The translations under genes were made by a program, and so were the position numbers. Below are positions 32,898 to 42,721 of a stretch of DNA of 64,000 nucleotides, piece after piece. The stretch is from Promethearchaeota archaeon (lineage in GTDB: Archaea > Asgardarchaeota > Lokiarchaeia > Sigyniarchaeales > SOKP01). Position 1 is the first letter of the stretch. Every line of letters starts with the position of its first letter. The notes under the pieces are model-generated. The model saw only the letters and a list, made by a program, of their open reading frames with translations. It was not told the DNA's origin and did not search any database. Location: NCBI GenBank assembly GCA_016839555.1, contig JAEOUA010000007.1:262398-326397 (forward strand), written 5' to 3'.

Positions 32898-33020
32898 ATG
32901 TTAGTTATTTGTGAAGAATGTGGATTAACTCAAGAACAAGAAAAGCCCGGTAGATATTATTGTCTCCAATGTAATAAATATACCAAATATTTTGCTCTTG
33001 AATCTGAAAAAAATAAATAA
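32898..33020 (+). CDS. Putative 40-aa zinc-finger micro-protein (not in ORF track)
   Basis: Manual translation MLVICEECGLTQEQEKPGRYYCLQCNKYTKYFALESEKNK*; two CxxC pairs. Confidence 0.7.
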   Translation: MLVICEECGLTQEQEKPGRYYCLQCNKYTKYFALESEKNK

Positions 33021-33173
33021 GAAAGTAATCATAGAAATTTAAGCTATGGATTTAACTTATTTTATAAAAAATAAATCGAAATAGGAGATCTCTTATTTTG
33101 ATTTTACGGATTAATAAATTATCCTTTAAGGTATGAACAATATCTATTAAAATGTGGAAGTTATGTTATAAAT

Positions 33174-33353
33174 ATGAAGAATTATCTAATTTGTAAAAAT
33201 TGTGGATATACTTTTGAAAATATTAGAAAGAGCGGCGAATGTTATTGTCCCCAATATAAAGAAAAGAAACATTTCTATTTATTAACATTTGGATGTGGTG
33301 GAAAACCTACGGAATTATATGAAAAGATAAATGAAAATTTATTATCAAAATAG
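33174..33353 (+). CDS. Putative 59-aa zinc-ribbon micro-protein, second CxxC degenerate (not in ORF track)
   Basis: MKNYLICKNCGYTFENIRKSGECYCPQYKEKKHFYLLTFGCGGKPTELYEKINENLLSK*. Confidence 0.55.
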   Translation: MKNYLICKNCGYTFENIRKSGECYCPQYKEKKHFYLLTFGCGGKPTELYEKINENLLSK

Positions 33354-33544
33354 TAATATAGAATAATTAACAAAGAGTTGAAGTATCACAACTAATTCTA
33401 TAAAATAAAATTAATTAAATTGATTTCTTTAGATTAATATAATAAAACAAAAAGCAAACGAGTCTTAAGGAATTAAATTAAGTTAAGAATATCTGTTAAA
33501 AGAGTTAATATAAAGAATTGAATTAACATGATGGCCCAAACTCT

Positions 33545-34993
33545 TTAACCTTTTACAACGCCAATCGGAGTAAATCTTACGACTTTTTCTACTATTCCTA
33601 AGTCATGACTTACTTGAACAACTTGATCTACATCTTTATAAGCTCCAGGAGCCTCCTCCGCAATAACTCTCATTGATGCTGCTTTAAGTAAAATACCCTT
33701 ATTTGCAAGATCAGTTTGCACGACTCGGGCGGGATACTTTCTATCCGCACTCTTCCTTGACATTAAACGCCCTGCTCCATGAGCGGTTGAACCGAATGAT
33801 AAATCCATTGCTTTCTCCTTTCCTACACATAAATAAGATGCCGAACCCATCGTGCCTGGTATTAAAACAGGTTGTCCAATGCTTTTATAATCATCAGGTA
33901 TTTCTGGATGTCCTGGGGGAAAAGCTCTGGTTGCTCCCTTTCGATGTACATTTAATTTCATTTTCTTCCCATCTACTTGATGTTCTTCAATTTTAAGAAT
34001 GTTATGACATACTCCATAAATTAGATGGAGATCTAATTCATCAATATCCTTCTTAAAAAAGTTTTCAAACGATTCTCTTAGCCAATGAGTAATTAACTGT
34101 CGATTACAGAAGCCAAAATTCGCAGCACATGCCATTTGACTAAGATAATTTTGAGCTTCCTTAGTATTTGCAGGCACGCAAGCTAATTCGCGATCAGGGA
34201 CTTGAATATTATATTCTTTCATAGCTTTTTCTACCATTCTTAATGAATCTGTGCAAACTTGATGTCCGAAAGCTCTACTACCTGTATGAATCATTACCGT
34301 CACTTGTTGTTCATCATGAATCCCTACTTTTTTAGCAACATCTTTATTATAGATTCGATCTACTTTCTGTATTTCTATAAAATGATTTCCACTTCCTAAT
34401 GATCCTACTTGACCATTTCCTCTCTCTTTGGCTTTTCTCGAAACTAAACTTGAATCTCCACCTTTCAAGCACCCATTTTCTTCACAATGCTTTAGATCCT
34501 CAGCAATAGCATAACCTTTGTCTAGAGTCCAATTAAGTCCATTTTCAACAAGATTATCAAGTTCTTGATATGATACATCAATTTTCCCACTTGAACCTAA
34601 TCCGCTCGGTATATTTCTATAAATAGCATCTAATAATTCTGGTAATACTTCTCTTACTTCTTTCTCATAGAGGTTAGTTCGTAATAACCGTACACCACAG
34701 TTAATATCATAACCTACTCCACCAGGAGATATCATTCCCGTATCCGCTTTGGTTCCCGCTACACCACCTATGCAAAATCCATATCCTTGATGAGCATCAG
34801 ATAGAGCTATAGCATATTTTTTAATCCCTCTTAAGGTAGCAACATTAGCGATTTGATCGAGCGTTCTGTCTTCTTTTATTTTATTCATAATATATGAATT
34901 GGCATACACGCGAGCGGGCACCCTCATTTGGAATTTGCCAATTTTATGAGGAGCTATTTCAAAGATATTTTCTTCTATTTTCTTAACTTCCAT
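33545..34993 (-). CDS. rtcB: RNA-splicing ligase RtcB
   Basis: DAHQGYGF, GVGYDINCGVR, GSGNHF, HTGSR, HN, HRKGAT, PGTMG, HGAGR, EEAPGAYK. Confidence 0.97.
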   Translation of the reverse strand: MEVKKIEENIFEIAPHKIGKFQMRVPARVYANSYIMNKIKEDRTLDQIANVATLRGIKKYAIALSDAHQGYGFCIGGVAGTKADTGMISPGGVGYDINCGVRLLRTNLYEKEVREVLPELLDAIYRNIPSGLGSSGKIDVSYQELDNLVENGLNWTLDKGYAIAEDLKHCEENGCLKGGDSSLVSRKAKERGNGQVGSLGSGNHFIEIQKVDRIYNKDVAKKVGIHDEQQVTVMIHTGSRAFGHQVCTDSLRMVEKAMKEYNIQVPDRELACVPANTKEAQNYLSQMACAANFGFCNRQLITHWLRESFENFFKKDIDELDLHLIYGVCHNILKIEEHQVDGKKMKLNVHRKGATRAFPPGHPEIPDDYKSIGQPVLIPGTMGSASYLCVGKEKAMDLSFGSTAHGAGRLMSRKSADRKYPARVVQTDLANKGILLKAASMRVIAEEAPGAYKDVDQVVQVSHDLGIVEKVVRFTPIGVVKG

Positions 34994-35272
34994 TTTACTT
35001 CAAATATAACAAATTTTATTAATCTAAAAAAAATTATGAATAAAGTTTATAATCTGACTTACAATTTTGCTTATTTAATCGTGAATCTTTATTTGATATT
35101 TATGTATCTTTTTTGTTTAATTAATAATTTACTTTTTTTTAATTGAAAAATAAGTAGCTTTTTATAATTTTTTATTAAATATTACGAAATGAATTTAATA
35201 TCTTAAAAAATAATACAAAATAAAATTCTATATTATTTCTTCATAAACTAATTTCTAAGAAATGGTGGTACT

Positions 35273-35805
35273 ATGGAAAAAAAAAATTTATATTGGCAAA
35301 TAGGAGGTATGGTTTTTATTTTATTAGTTGGGTCATTTATGCATTTTCTTTTTGAATTGACTGGAATTGGCCCCCAATTGGTGCTATTGCTGCTGTAAAT
35401 GAAAGCGTTTGATAACATTTAAAACTAGGTTATTGGCCTTTAGTTTTTTTTGCATTCATAGAATATCAATTTATTAAGGAAGAAGTCAATAATTTTTTTC
35501 TTGCTAAACTTATTTCTGCGCTGTCTATTATTGTAATTATTCCTGTGTTTTTTTATAGCTATACTGCTATTTTAGGAGAACATATGCTTCTATTGGATAT
35601 TATTAGTTTTATTTTAGCAATCGTAGTAGGGCATTTATTAAGTTATAAGATTTTGACTAAATCTCCCTATTCAGATTCAATATCACTGCTTTCATTAATA
35701 AGAATAATAGCAATTGGTATTATTTTCGTATTATTTACGTATCTCCCTCCACATATTCCGATCTTTCAAGATTCCCTCACAGGATTATATGGGATACCTT
35801 ATTAA
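35273..35805 (+). pseudogene. Disrupted membrane-protein gene (DUF6512-like)
   Basis: ATG 35273 gives MEKKNLYWQIGG...GSFMHFLFELTG; a 1-nt frameshift near 35365 continues WPPIGAIAAVNESV**HLKLGYWP, where TGA TAA replace the expected W-E of a NESxWEHxK motif, then runs in frame into ORF 35545..35805. Confidence 0.75.
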
Positions 35806-35931
35806 TATTAGTATAAAATTCTCTCTATTTCTTTTATTTTTTTAAAATAACCTAATCTTTAATAATTAGAATAACAAATATAAAGATTGAAACTTTTAAT
35901 TATTTTAATTCAAAAAAATTAGTGAAAAAAA

Positions 35932-37716
35932 ATGTCAGATCAAGAATGGCATGTTGATGAAAACAAAGCATGGTTTAAAAAATGGTGGCCTGATGAAGTC
36001 CCAAAAAATATGAAATTTGAATCGCTTTCTTTAGGTGAATTTTTTGAGAGACAGAGGAAAAAATATGGAAAAGAAAATATAATGTGGTTTCTTGAAACAT
36101 TCATGACTTATAATGAAGCTGGAATGCACATAGATTCATTAGCAACTGCTCTTGATGATTTAGGTTTAAAAAAAGGTGATGTTGTTGGGTTATTATTACC
36201 TAATAGTTTTCAATACGTAATCAGTTTTTATGCTTGCGCTAAAATAGGAGTTATACCTACTGGAATAAATCCTACTTATAAACCACTTGAAATTTTACAT
36301 CATATACAACTCACAAATGCAAAAGCTTTAATTATTTTAGATGCGCTATATGAGGTTTTAGTTAAACCTATAATATCTAAAACAAATGTAAAGTTCATAA
36401 TATCTACTAACCTCGTTGATTTAGCATCAGGGCTTTCGGGATTTATTAAGTTTCTTGGTAAACTAATAGGAAAAATTCCAAAAGGTAAGGTTGATTTTAA
36501 GAGGACTTATGATTTTCTTGAGTTATTAAAAACACCAGCAAAACTTCCTTATGTAGGATTTGATCCCAAACAGCATTCAGCAACCTATATAATGACAGGT
36601 GGAACCACGGGAGTACCAAAAGCAACTAATTTAACGCATTTCAATGTCGTTTCAAATGCATTACAATGTGTTGCATGGCTAGGTGGAGAATCTCCTGGAT
36701 TTGCAGACCTAGGTGTTCTGCCTCTTTTTCATAGTTTTGGAATGACTGCTGTTATGAATGCATGTATTGGCTTAGGAGGCTGGATGATGCTCTTTCCCCG
36801 ACCGCCTGAAACAGAAGAATTGGTTAAAACGATTGAAAAATTACCTGCTCCCGAGGGTTTAGCATATGTGGGTGCTGAAATTCTCTTTAAACGATTGGCA
36901 GAATTTCCTGATTTAGGTAAATATAATATCATGGGAAAGATAAAAAAATGTATATCTGGAGCAGGACCTTTACACGCCCCCGTTCAAGAAAAATTCCAAA
37001 AAAATACTGGTGGGAAAATTGTTGAAGGATATGGTCTTTCGGAAGCTAGTCCAGTAGTAAGTTCAGGAAGTCTTTTCGGCGATAGTCCTTTGGGAAATAT
37101 TGGGATGCCAATCCCGGGGACGGATTGGGAAATTTTTCAAACGGATGCAGAAGATTTAAGCGATGGACCTATAGCAGATGGTCTTCCCGGTTCAAAATAT
37201 GGTGAAGAAAATACGGGAGAAATATGTGTTTGCGGTCCTCAAGTAATGAAAGAATATCTAAATAAACCAGAAGAGACAAATGCAACACTTCAAGCATGGG
37301 ATGGCAGAATCTGGCTTCGAACAGGAGATATCGGATTTATGCATGAAGATGGGTTAATCACGATTCGAGACCGTAAAAAACAGTTGATTAAAATGGCAGG
37401 TCATTCGGTCTTTCCGAAAGAGGTTGAAGAAATGTTAATGAAAAACGAGGCAGTGAACGAGGCAGCCGTTGCTGGACTTCCTGACCCAGAAGGTAAAGTA
37501 GGTGAAATTATTAAAGCATGGGTAGCATTAGAACCTGATTATGTAGGAAAAATTACTGAACAAGAATTAAAAGCATGGGCTGAGAAGAATGTAACAAAAT
37601 GGAAGGTACCAACTTTAATTGAATTCATCCCCGAAGTTCCTAAAAGTGTGCTAGGAAAAGTAGAAAGAAGAGCTTTGCAAGAAGCTGACCCTCTCTATAA
37701 GGAAAAAAAGGAGTAA
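35932..37716 (+). CDS. Long-chain fatty acid--CoA ligase (AMP-binding enzyme)
   Basis: MTGGTTGVPK, LPLFHSFG, EGYGLSEASP, RTGDIG, DRKK, PKSVLGK. Confidence 0.93.
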   Translation: MSDQEWHVDENKAWFKKWWPDEVPKNMKFESLSLGEFFERQRKKYGKENIMWFLETFMTYNEAGMHIDSLATALDDLGLKKGDVVGLLLPNSFQYVISFYACAKIGVIPTGINPTYKPLEILHHIQLTNAKALIILDALYEVLVKPIISKTNVKFIISTNLVDLASGLSGFIKFLGKLIGKIPKGKVDFKRTYDFLELLKTPAKLPYVGFDPKQHSATYIMTGGTTGVPKATNLTHFNVVSNALQCVAWLGGESPGFADLGVLPLFHSFGMTAVMNACIGLGGWMMLFPRPPETEELVKTIEKLPAPEGLAYVGAEILFKRLAEFPDLGKYNIMGKIKKCISGAGPLHAPVQEKFQKNTGGKIVEGYGLSEASPVVSSGSLFGDSPLGNIGMPIPGTDWEIFQTDAEDLSDGPIADGLPGSKYGEENTGEICVCGPQVMKEYLNKPEETNATLQAWDGRIWLRTGDIGFMHEDGLITIRDRKKQLIKMAGHSVFPKEVEEMLMKNEAVNEAAVAGLPDPEGKVGEIIKAWVALEPDYVGKITEQELKAWAEKNVTKWKVPTLIEFIPEVPKSVLGKVERRALQEADPLYKEKKE

Positions 37717-37789
37717 AAAATATTATTTAATAGTTCAGCAATAAAAACAGTATTTATAAAAAAAATTCTCATTTTTTTTTATTTTGGTA

Positions 37790-38611
37790 TTAATCTATTT
37801 CTTTTTTTGGTGGTAAAGGTATAAATTGACTTGTTCGTCTCCTATATTTGTCATATTCACTATCTCCTTCAAATCTTTTATTTATTAAACGAACACCAGA
37901 AACATTTATGATCATATATGTAATTATTATTGGTCCAAATATGGTAATAAATCCGAAAGGAATCACAAGAGACACTATATATAATCCCCACCATTGTGTT
38001 ACTTCACCAAAATAATTAGGATGCTGAGTATTACGCCATAATCCCTTATCAAACACCTTTCCTTTATTAGCTGGATCATTCAAAAATCGATATAGTTGAA
38101 TATCTCCGATAGTCTCGTAAAGAAAACCAAGTATCCATACTAAACTACCAAAGATTAAGGTTAAAGTACTTAAAGAAATCAAGCTATCTAATGGAACATC
38201 ATCATTAACATTTATAAATGACACAGGAAACACAACCAAGAAAATAATTAAACCTTGAAAAAGGTAAATTCGAAATAAACTATTAATAAGCACTTTGTTC
38301 CCCCATCGCTCTCGCATATTTTGATATCTTTTATCCTCACCTTTACCCCAATTTCTTATTAAGACATAATTAGATAATCTTATCCCCCATATAGTTACTA
38401 AAATAGTAACAATTATTTGCCTTATACCGAAAGTACCCTTTAAAAGCAAAGTTGACCATGCGACCAAAATAAATCCCCATCCGTAAAATACATCCATTAT
38501 AGAATTATCCTTTTTTAGTGATCCCACAATAAAGGCGATAAGTAAAAAACCTAATAAAAATAATCCAGTCCATCCATATATTTGCAAAATTTCAATTACC
38601 GAATCTTCCAT
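37790..38611 (-). CDS. DUF1295 / steroid 5-alpha-reductase-like membrane protein
   Basis: DNSIMDVFYG, GEDKRY, ETIGDIQL, GLWRNTQHPNYFGE. Confidence 0.88.
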   Translation of the reverse strand: MEDSVIEILQIYGWTGLFLLGFLLIAFIVGSLKKDNSIMDVFYGWGFILVAWSTLLLKGTFGIRQIIVTILVTIWGIRLSNYVLIRNWGKGEDKRYQNMRERWGNKVLINSLFRIYLFQGLIIFLVVFPVSFINVNDDVPLDSLISLSTLTLIFGSLVWILGFLYETIGDIQLYRFLNDPANKGKVFDKGLWRNTQHPNYFGEVTQWWGLYIVSLVIPFGFITIFGPIIITYMIINVSGVRLINKRFEGDSEYDKYRRRTSQFIPLPPKKEID

Positions 38612-38933
38612 AATTCTTCAACAAGAATTCTTTTTACATTACTAAAATATTATTGAATAAATGAGACTCTGCTATTATTTAAACTTATTATTAATATTAT
38701 ATAGATTTTTGATGGGTTTAATAAATGAATTAATCAGACTCAGAAAAATCTTAATAGAGTTAATATTTTCGAAACTTAAATTAAAAAACATACTATAGAC
38801 AATCGAATAGATTATTTTCGAATCATTATACATAGATTTTTGTAAAAAAGTATTAATTTTCAAAAAGAAGATAATTATTCATAAAACCTATGAACTAAAT
38901 TTAAAAACAAAATATTTAATCAATTTCTTTTGT

Positions 38934-39746
38934 CTATTTACTCATATTATATTTATTCATAAAAAATTTGAATTTTTCTGGGTTATTAAGAAAAGGCTCT
39001 AAATGATCTTCAAAAAATCTATTTTTCTTAAATTTTTTAGCAGGAACACCAGAATATATCCATCCTTCTTCTAATTTTTGGTTAACGGTTGTAGTAGACC
39101 CAGAGACTAAAATACAGTTTTGCCCAATTTTCGTGCCAGGCATTACAATAGAATGCGCCCCAATAATTACATTATCCTTGATAATTGTTTTTCTAATAAT
39201 AAATAGATTACCCGTGATAAGTGCCGATTGCACGATACTCCCTTGACCTATTATTATATTTTTTCCAAATTCAATGAATTCTGTATCAACCCATCCTTCA
39301 AAAAGAGAATTAGAAAATTTGGTTTTCACTCCAAATATTTTAAGGCAAATATTATTCATAAATGGAAAAGGTAATTTATGAGCAAGCCATATAGGCCATT
39401 TCTTGATAGTATTTCGAAGACTCCAATAGCGAAAATCTTTATTATTTTCATCTCTGAGGAACACTCCTTCTCTGGGCTTATGGATTAGATTTGCAAAGAT
39501 TAATAAGATTTTTGCGAAAAATAAAGATATTAAAATGATTGAAATATACATCAAAACTATCAGAAAAGGAAACAATAATATAAAATAGAGAAGTGTATCA
39601 AACAAGAAATTATAATATACCCAAAATTCAAATTGAACTATGAAAAGACTTACCCAAAACAAGAAAATATAGAATATAATATATTTCTTTTTTGCCAAAA
39701 TATTACTAGTAAAGGGTCCAACTTTTAATGCTGCCGGTGTTGAAAT
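38934..39746 (-). CDS. Membrane-anchored left-handed beta-helix (hexapeptide repeat) protein, type C, copy 2 (possible ATT start; ORF track start 39755)
   Basis: 2 TM, HKPREGVFLR...YW, hexapeptide repeats (IEFGKNIIIGQGSIV, IKDNVIIGAHSIVMPGTKIG), C-terminal YSGVPA. Confidence 0.85.
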   Translation of the reverse strand: MSTPAALKVGPFTSNILAKKKYIIFYIFLFWVSLFIVQFEFWVYYNFLFDTLLYFILLFPFLIVLMYISIILISLFFAKILLIFANLIHKPREGVFLRDENNKDFRYWSLRNTIKKWPIWLAHKLPFPFMNNICLKIFGVKTKFSNSLFEGWVDTEFIEFGKNIIIGQGSIVQSALITGNLFIIRKTIIKDNVIIGAHSIVMPGTKIGQNCILVSGSTTTVNQKLEEGWIYSGVPAKKFKKNRFFEDHLEPFLNNPEKFKFFMNKYNMSK

Positions 39747-39757
39747 TTTTATCACCT

Positions 39758-40675
39758 TTACTTATTATTCTCTTCGGTATCAGTAATATCTTGATCTATA
39801 TTAATCTCTTTAATTACTTTATATTTCCTATTTTCATCGACGTCCTTTTTATGAATAAATCCGTTTCTTTCTTCAGCATATTTATTTGGTTTTAATTTGG
39901 AGACAGGATTGCCAAAATATACCCATCCATGATCTAATTTTTGGTTATAATGAGTAGTTGAAAAAGCACCAATAATCGTTTCTTTGCCTACTTCTGTTCC
40001 TGGCGCGATATTAGAAACCCCACCGATAACAGTATAGTCCTCAAATCTTATCTTTTTAATGATTAGATATTTACCAAGAATCATCGAGCTCATAACTACT
40101 GCGCCTTGACCGACAGTCACCTTACGCCCTATTTCAATGAATTCTATATCTACCCAAGAATCAAACATATGACTTGATAAATGTACTTGTACACCAAACC
40201 ACTTAAAACCCCATGTATCAATCCAAGGTAAAGGATTATTATTCATAACCCATAATACTAATTTTTTCAATTGAATTCTTAAGCGCCAAAATTGATAATC
40301 TTTATTATCTTTTTCAATCTTAAAAACTCCTTGCTTTGGTTTATGTATTAAATTCAGTATAATTAAGAATAATTTTCCAAACACAGCAATTCCAAAGGCA
40401 ATTATAAAAAAATTAATTAAAATTGCTATAGGGATTAATATAATTTTCACAAATATATTTTGAATAAAAAGGATATAATTATACCAAAAAGCGACTATTA
40501 TAAAAAAAGTAATCCAAATTATTGGGATATATAATATCAGAAATCTTAAATCTATTTTATTTATTGCACTTGTAGTAACGAAATCGATCTCAAATTCTGA
40601 CTTTTTTCCCACTTCTAATATTTCAAGAAGCTTTGAATTTAAATCTCTTCTCTTATATTGATCTCTATTTATCAT
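39758..40675 (-). CDS. Membrane-anchored left-handed beta-helix protein, type B, copy 2
   Basis: IDFVTTSAI, 2 TM, HKPKQGVF...FW, IEIGRKVTVGQGAVV, YFGNPV. Confidence 0.85.
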   Translation of the reverse strand: MINRDQYKRRDLNSKLLEILEVGKKSEFEIDFVTTSAINKIDLRFLILYIPIIWITFFIIVAFWYNYILFIQNIFVKIILIPIAILINFFIIAFGIAVFGKLFLIILNLIHKPKQGVFKIEKDNKDYQFWRLRIQLKKLVLWVMNNNPLPWIDTWGFKWFGVQVHLSSHMFDSWVDIEFIEIGRKVTVGQGAVVMSSMILGKYLIIKKIRFEDYTVIGGVSNIAPGTEVGKETIIGAFSTTHYNQKLDHGWVYFGNPVSKLKPNKYAEERNGFIHKKDVDENRKYKVIKEINIDQDITDTEENNK

Positions 40676-41570
40676 TATTTACTTTCTTTTGGTTTATTCT
40701 CTTATTTTTAAAATTTTCTGCCTTTTTTAAATCATCTTCGGAAAGATCTAAATACTTCATAACTTTTCTTGGAAAAGCTCTCCTTAAAGGCACCCCAAAG
40801 TAATAGTTATTTCCTTTAAGAACATTATGTTTAGTAGCTCCCGCCATAGGTAATAGATAGGAATCATCATTTATTTCTACGCCTGGAGCTATACAGTTTA
40901 ATGCGGAGGTGGTGACATTATCTCCAACTTTTATTTTAAAATATGAAATATCTCCAAAGATTCCATCGACTGCATGTGAACTAAATCCAGAATTAACTCC
41001 AATATAGGAATTTTCACCCATTATTATCCCCTTATCTGCTCCAAATTGCTCTTCAATAACACTTCCTTTACCAATTTTATTACAACCTATAAAATTATAA
41101 AGCCAAGTAATAAGCCATGGAAACGGACCCTTATTAAAAGCATGTTTGGGATACTTTATTAAAAAACTACGAATATGATATAAATTTAAAGTTTTACTGG
41201 GGATATTTCTGGGAATTATCCCGTTTTTTGAAGGAGAAATTCTTTCCGTAATTTTCCACCAAAATTTCGTGATAGCCGCTACAAAGAATAAATGAATAAA
41301 ATATGAAACTATTAATGCAATTGGAAAGCAAAGCGAAACTATAATCCCTTCTAAACTACTAAAAATTATAATAAAACTTTCAGCATTCAAAAAATATGGA
41401 ATATATAGAAATTGTATATACATCCACATAATGATGCCGGGAAAGAGCCATGATAAGAGATATGTTGTGCCAAAGCCTAATGCATACCAATGAAATTGAA
41501 GATTTATTTCATGTTTTTCAATGGTACTTTCTGAATCCTTAATATCATTCAGTTGACTGTTTTGAGACAT
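40665..41570 (-). CDS. Membrane-anchored left-handed beta-helix protein, type A (His-containing), copy 2
   Basis: 2 TM, GIIPRNIPSKTLNLYHIRSF, KIGKGSVIEE, SSHAVDGIFG, YFGVP. Confidence 0.85.
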   Translation of the reverse strand: MSQNSQLNDIKDSESTIEKHEINLQFHWYALGFGTTYLLSWLFPGIIMWMYIQFLYIPYFLNAESFIIIFSSLEGIIVSLCFPIALIVSYFIHLFFVAAITKFWWKITERISPSKNGIIPRNIPSKTLNLYHIRSFLIKYPKHAFNKGPFPWLITWLYNFIGCNKIGKGSVIEEQFGADKGIIMGENSYIGVNSGFSSHAVDGIFGDISYFKIKVGDNVTTSALNCIAPGVEINDDSYLLPMAGATKHNVLKGNNYYFGVPLRRAFPRKVMKYLDLSEDDLKKAENFKNKRINQKKVNNDK

Positions 41571-41785
41571 TTTTTTTTGAGATACTTATTATTTTAAAAA
41601 ATATTATTTGTGAATCTTTTTTTTCTTCTAAATAACGCTTAAAATATTTAATATAATCTTTATAATTTTATTATAAATAGTAAATAAAAGGCTTATGCTT
41701 ATAAAAAAAAGATATTTATTTATAAAAAATCCCTATAAACGGGATTATTTTATATCAAATAATGTTAAATTTTGGGTATAATTGA

Positions 41786-42670
41786 CTAAACTTTATTTAT
41801 TTTTTTTTCTTTCTTTTCTAAGTATTCACGATATTCGTCTTGATGCTTTCGATAATATTCTCGATACATCTCTTCAAGTCTCTCTTCAGATGCAACTTTA
41901 TATCTAATTTTTTCTTCTAATCCATCTTCAAAAAATCTATTTTTCTTATATTTTACTGCGGGAATTCCATGATATATCCATCCGTCTTCTAATTGTTGCT
42001 CTACTGTTGTAAGCGACCATGAACTTAAAACCGCATTTTTTCCTATATGGGTTCCGGGCATTACTACGGAATGAGTACCGATTCTTACATTATCTTCAAT
42101 AATTGTTTTTCTTATAATTAATAAATTTCCTATAATCACAGAAGATTGGATATGGGATGCTTGACCAACTACTACATTATCTCCAAATTCTATGAATTCT
42201 GTATCCACCCATCCCTCAAAAAGAGAATTAGAAAATTTGGTTTTTACCCCAAACATTTTAAAACAGATATTATCTAAAAAAGGAAAAGGGAATTTATGTG
42301 CTAACCATACAGGCCATCGTTTTATAGTATTTCGAATACACCAGTATCGATAGTCTTTATCTTTTTTATGTCTCAAAAATGTACCTTCTCTCGGTTTATG
42401 TAAGGCATTTGCAAGAATTAATATACCTTTAGCAAAAATTAATGAGAATAATACAAGTTCTACATACCAAAGGAATGTAAAAACAGGAAGATAAATATAA
42501 AAATGAATAGGGCGATCCCAGCGCCAGGCCCATTTCCAATAAAGCCAAAATTGTAGTAAAATAGGCAAAAAACTTATCCATATCAAAAAAATATATAATA
42601 AAATATACCGCTTTTTAGGTAAAATTGTTGGTGTAAATGGCCCGACTCTCATGCTTGTAGGTACAGACAT
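41786..42670 (-). CDS. Membrane-anchored left-handed beta-helix protein, type C, copy 1
   Basis: Close paralog of 38934..39746 (identical FGVKTKFSNSLFEGWVDTEFIEFG). Confidence 0.85.
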   Translation of the reverse strand: MSVPTSMRVGPFTPTILPKKRYILLYIFLIWISFLPILLQFWLYWKWAWRWDRPIHFYIYLPVFTFLWYVELVLFSLIFAKGILILANALHKPREGTFLRHKKDKDYRYWCIRNTIKRWPVWLAHKFPFPFLDNICFKMFGVKTKFSNSLFEGWVDTEFIEFGDNVVVGQASHIQSSVIIGNLLIIRKTIIEDNVRIGTHSVVMPGTHIGKNAVLSSWSLTTVEQQLEDGWIYHGIPAVKYKKNRFFEDGLEEKIRYKVASEERLEEMYREYYRKHQDEYREYLEKKEKKINKV

Positions 42671-42721
42671 TTTTAACTCAACTAATAAGTTTTTTTATAT
42701 TTTATATTTTGAATTATTTTC

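Noticed and set aside
35410-35415. In-frame TGA in the DUF6512-like gene as possible selenocysteine
   Set aside because: It aligns to Trp, is immediately followed by TAA and accompanied by a frameshift, so it is a pseudogene lesion.
35932-37716. AMP-binding enzyme as the NRPS adenylation partner of the beta-helix cassettes
   Set aside because: Opposite strand, separated by another gene, motifs typical of fatty acyl-CoA ligases, and no carrier (T) domain gene seen. The link is possible but unsupported.
38675-38863. Intergenic AT-rich ORFs (also 9268..9474, 12190..12396, 34928..35146)
   Set aside because: Ile/Asn/Lys/Phe-rich translations typical of non-coding AT-rich DNA.
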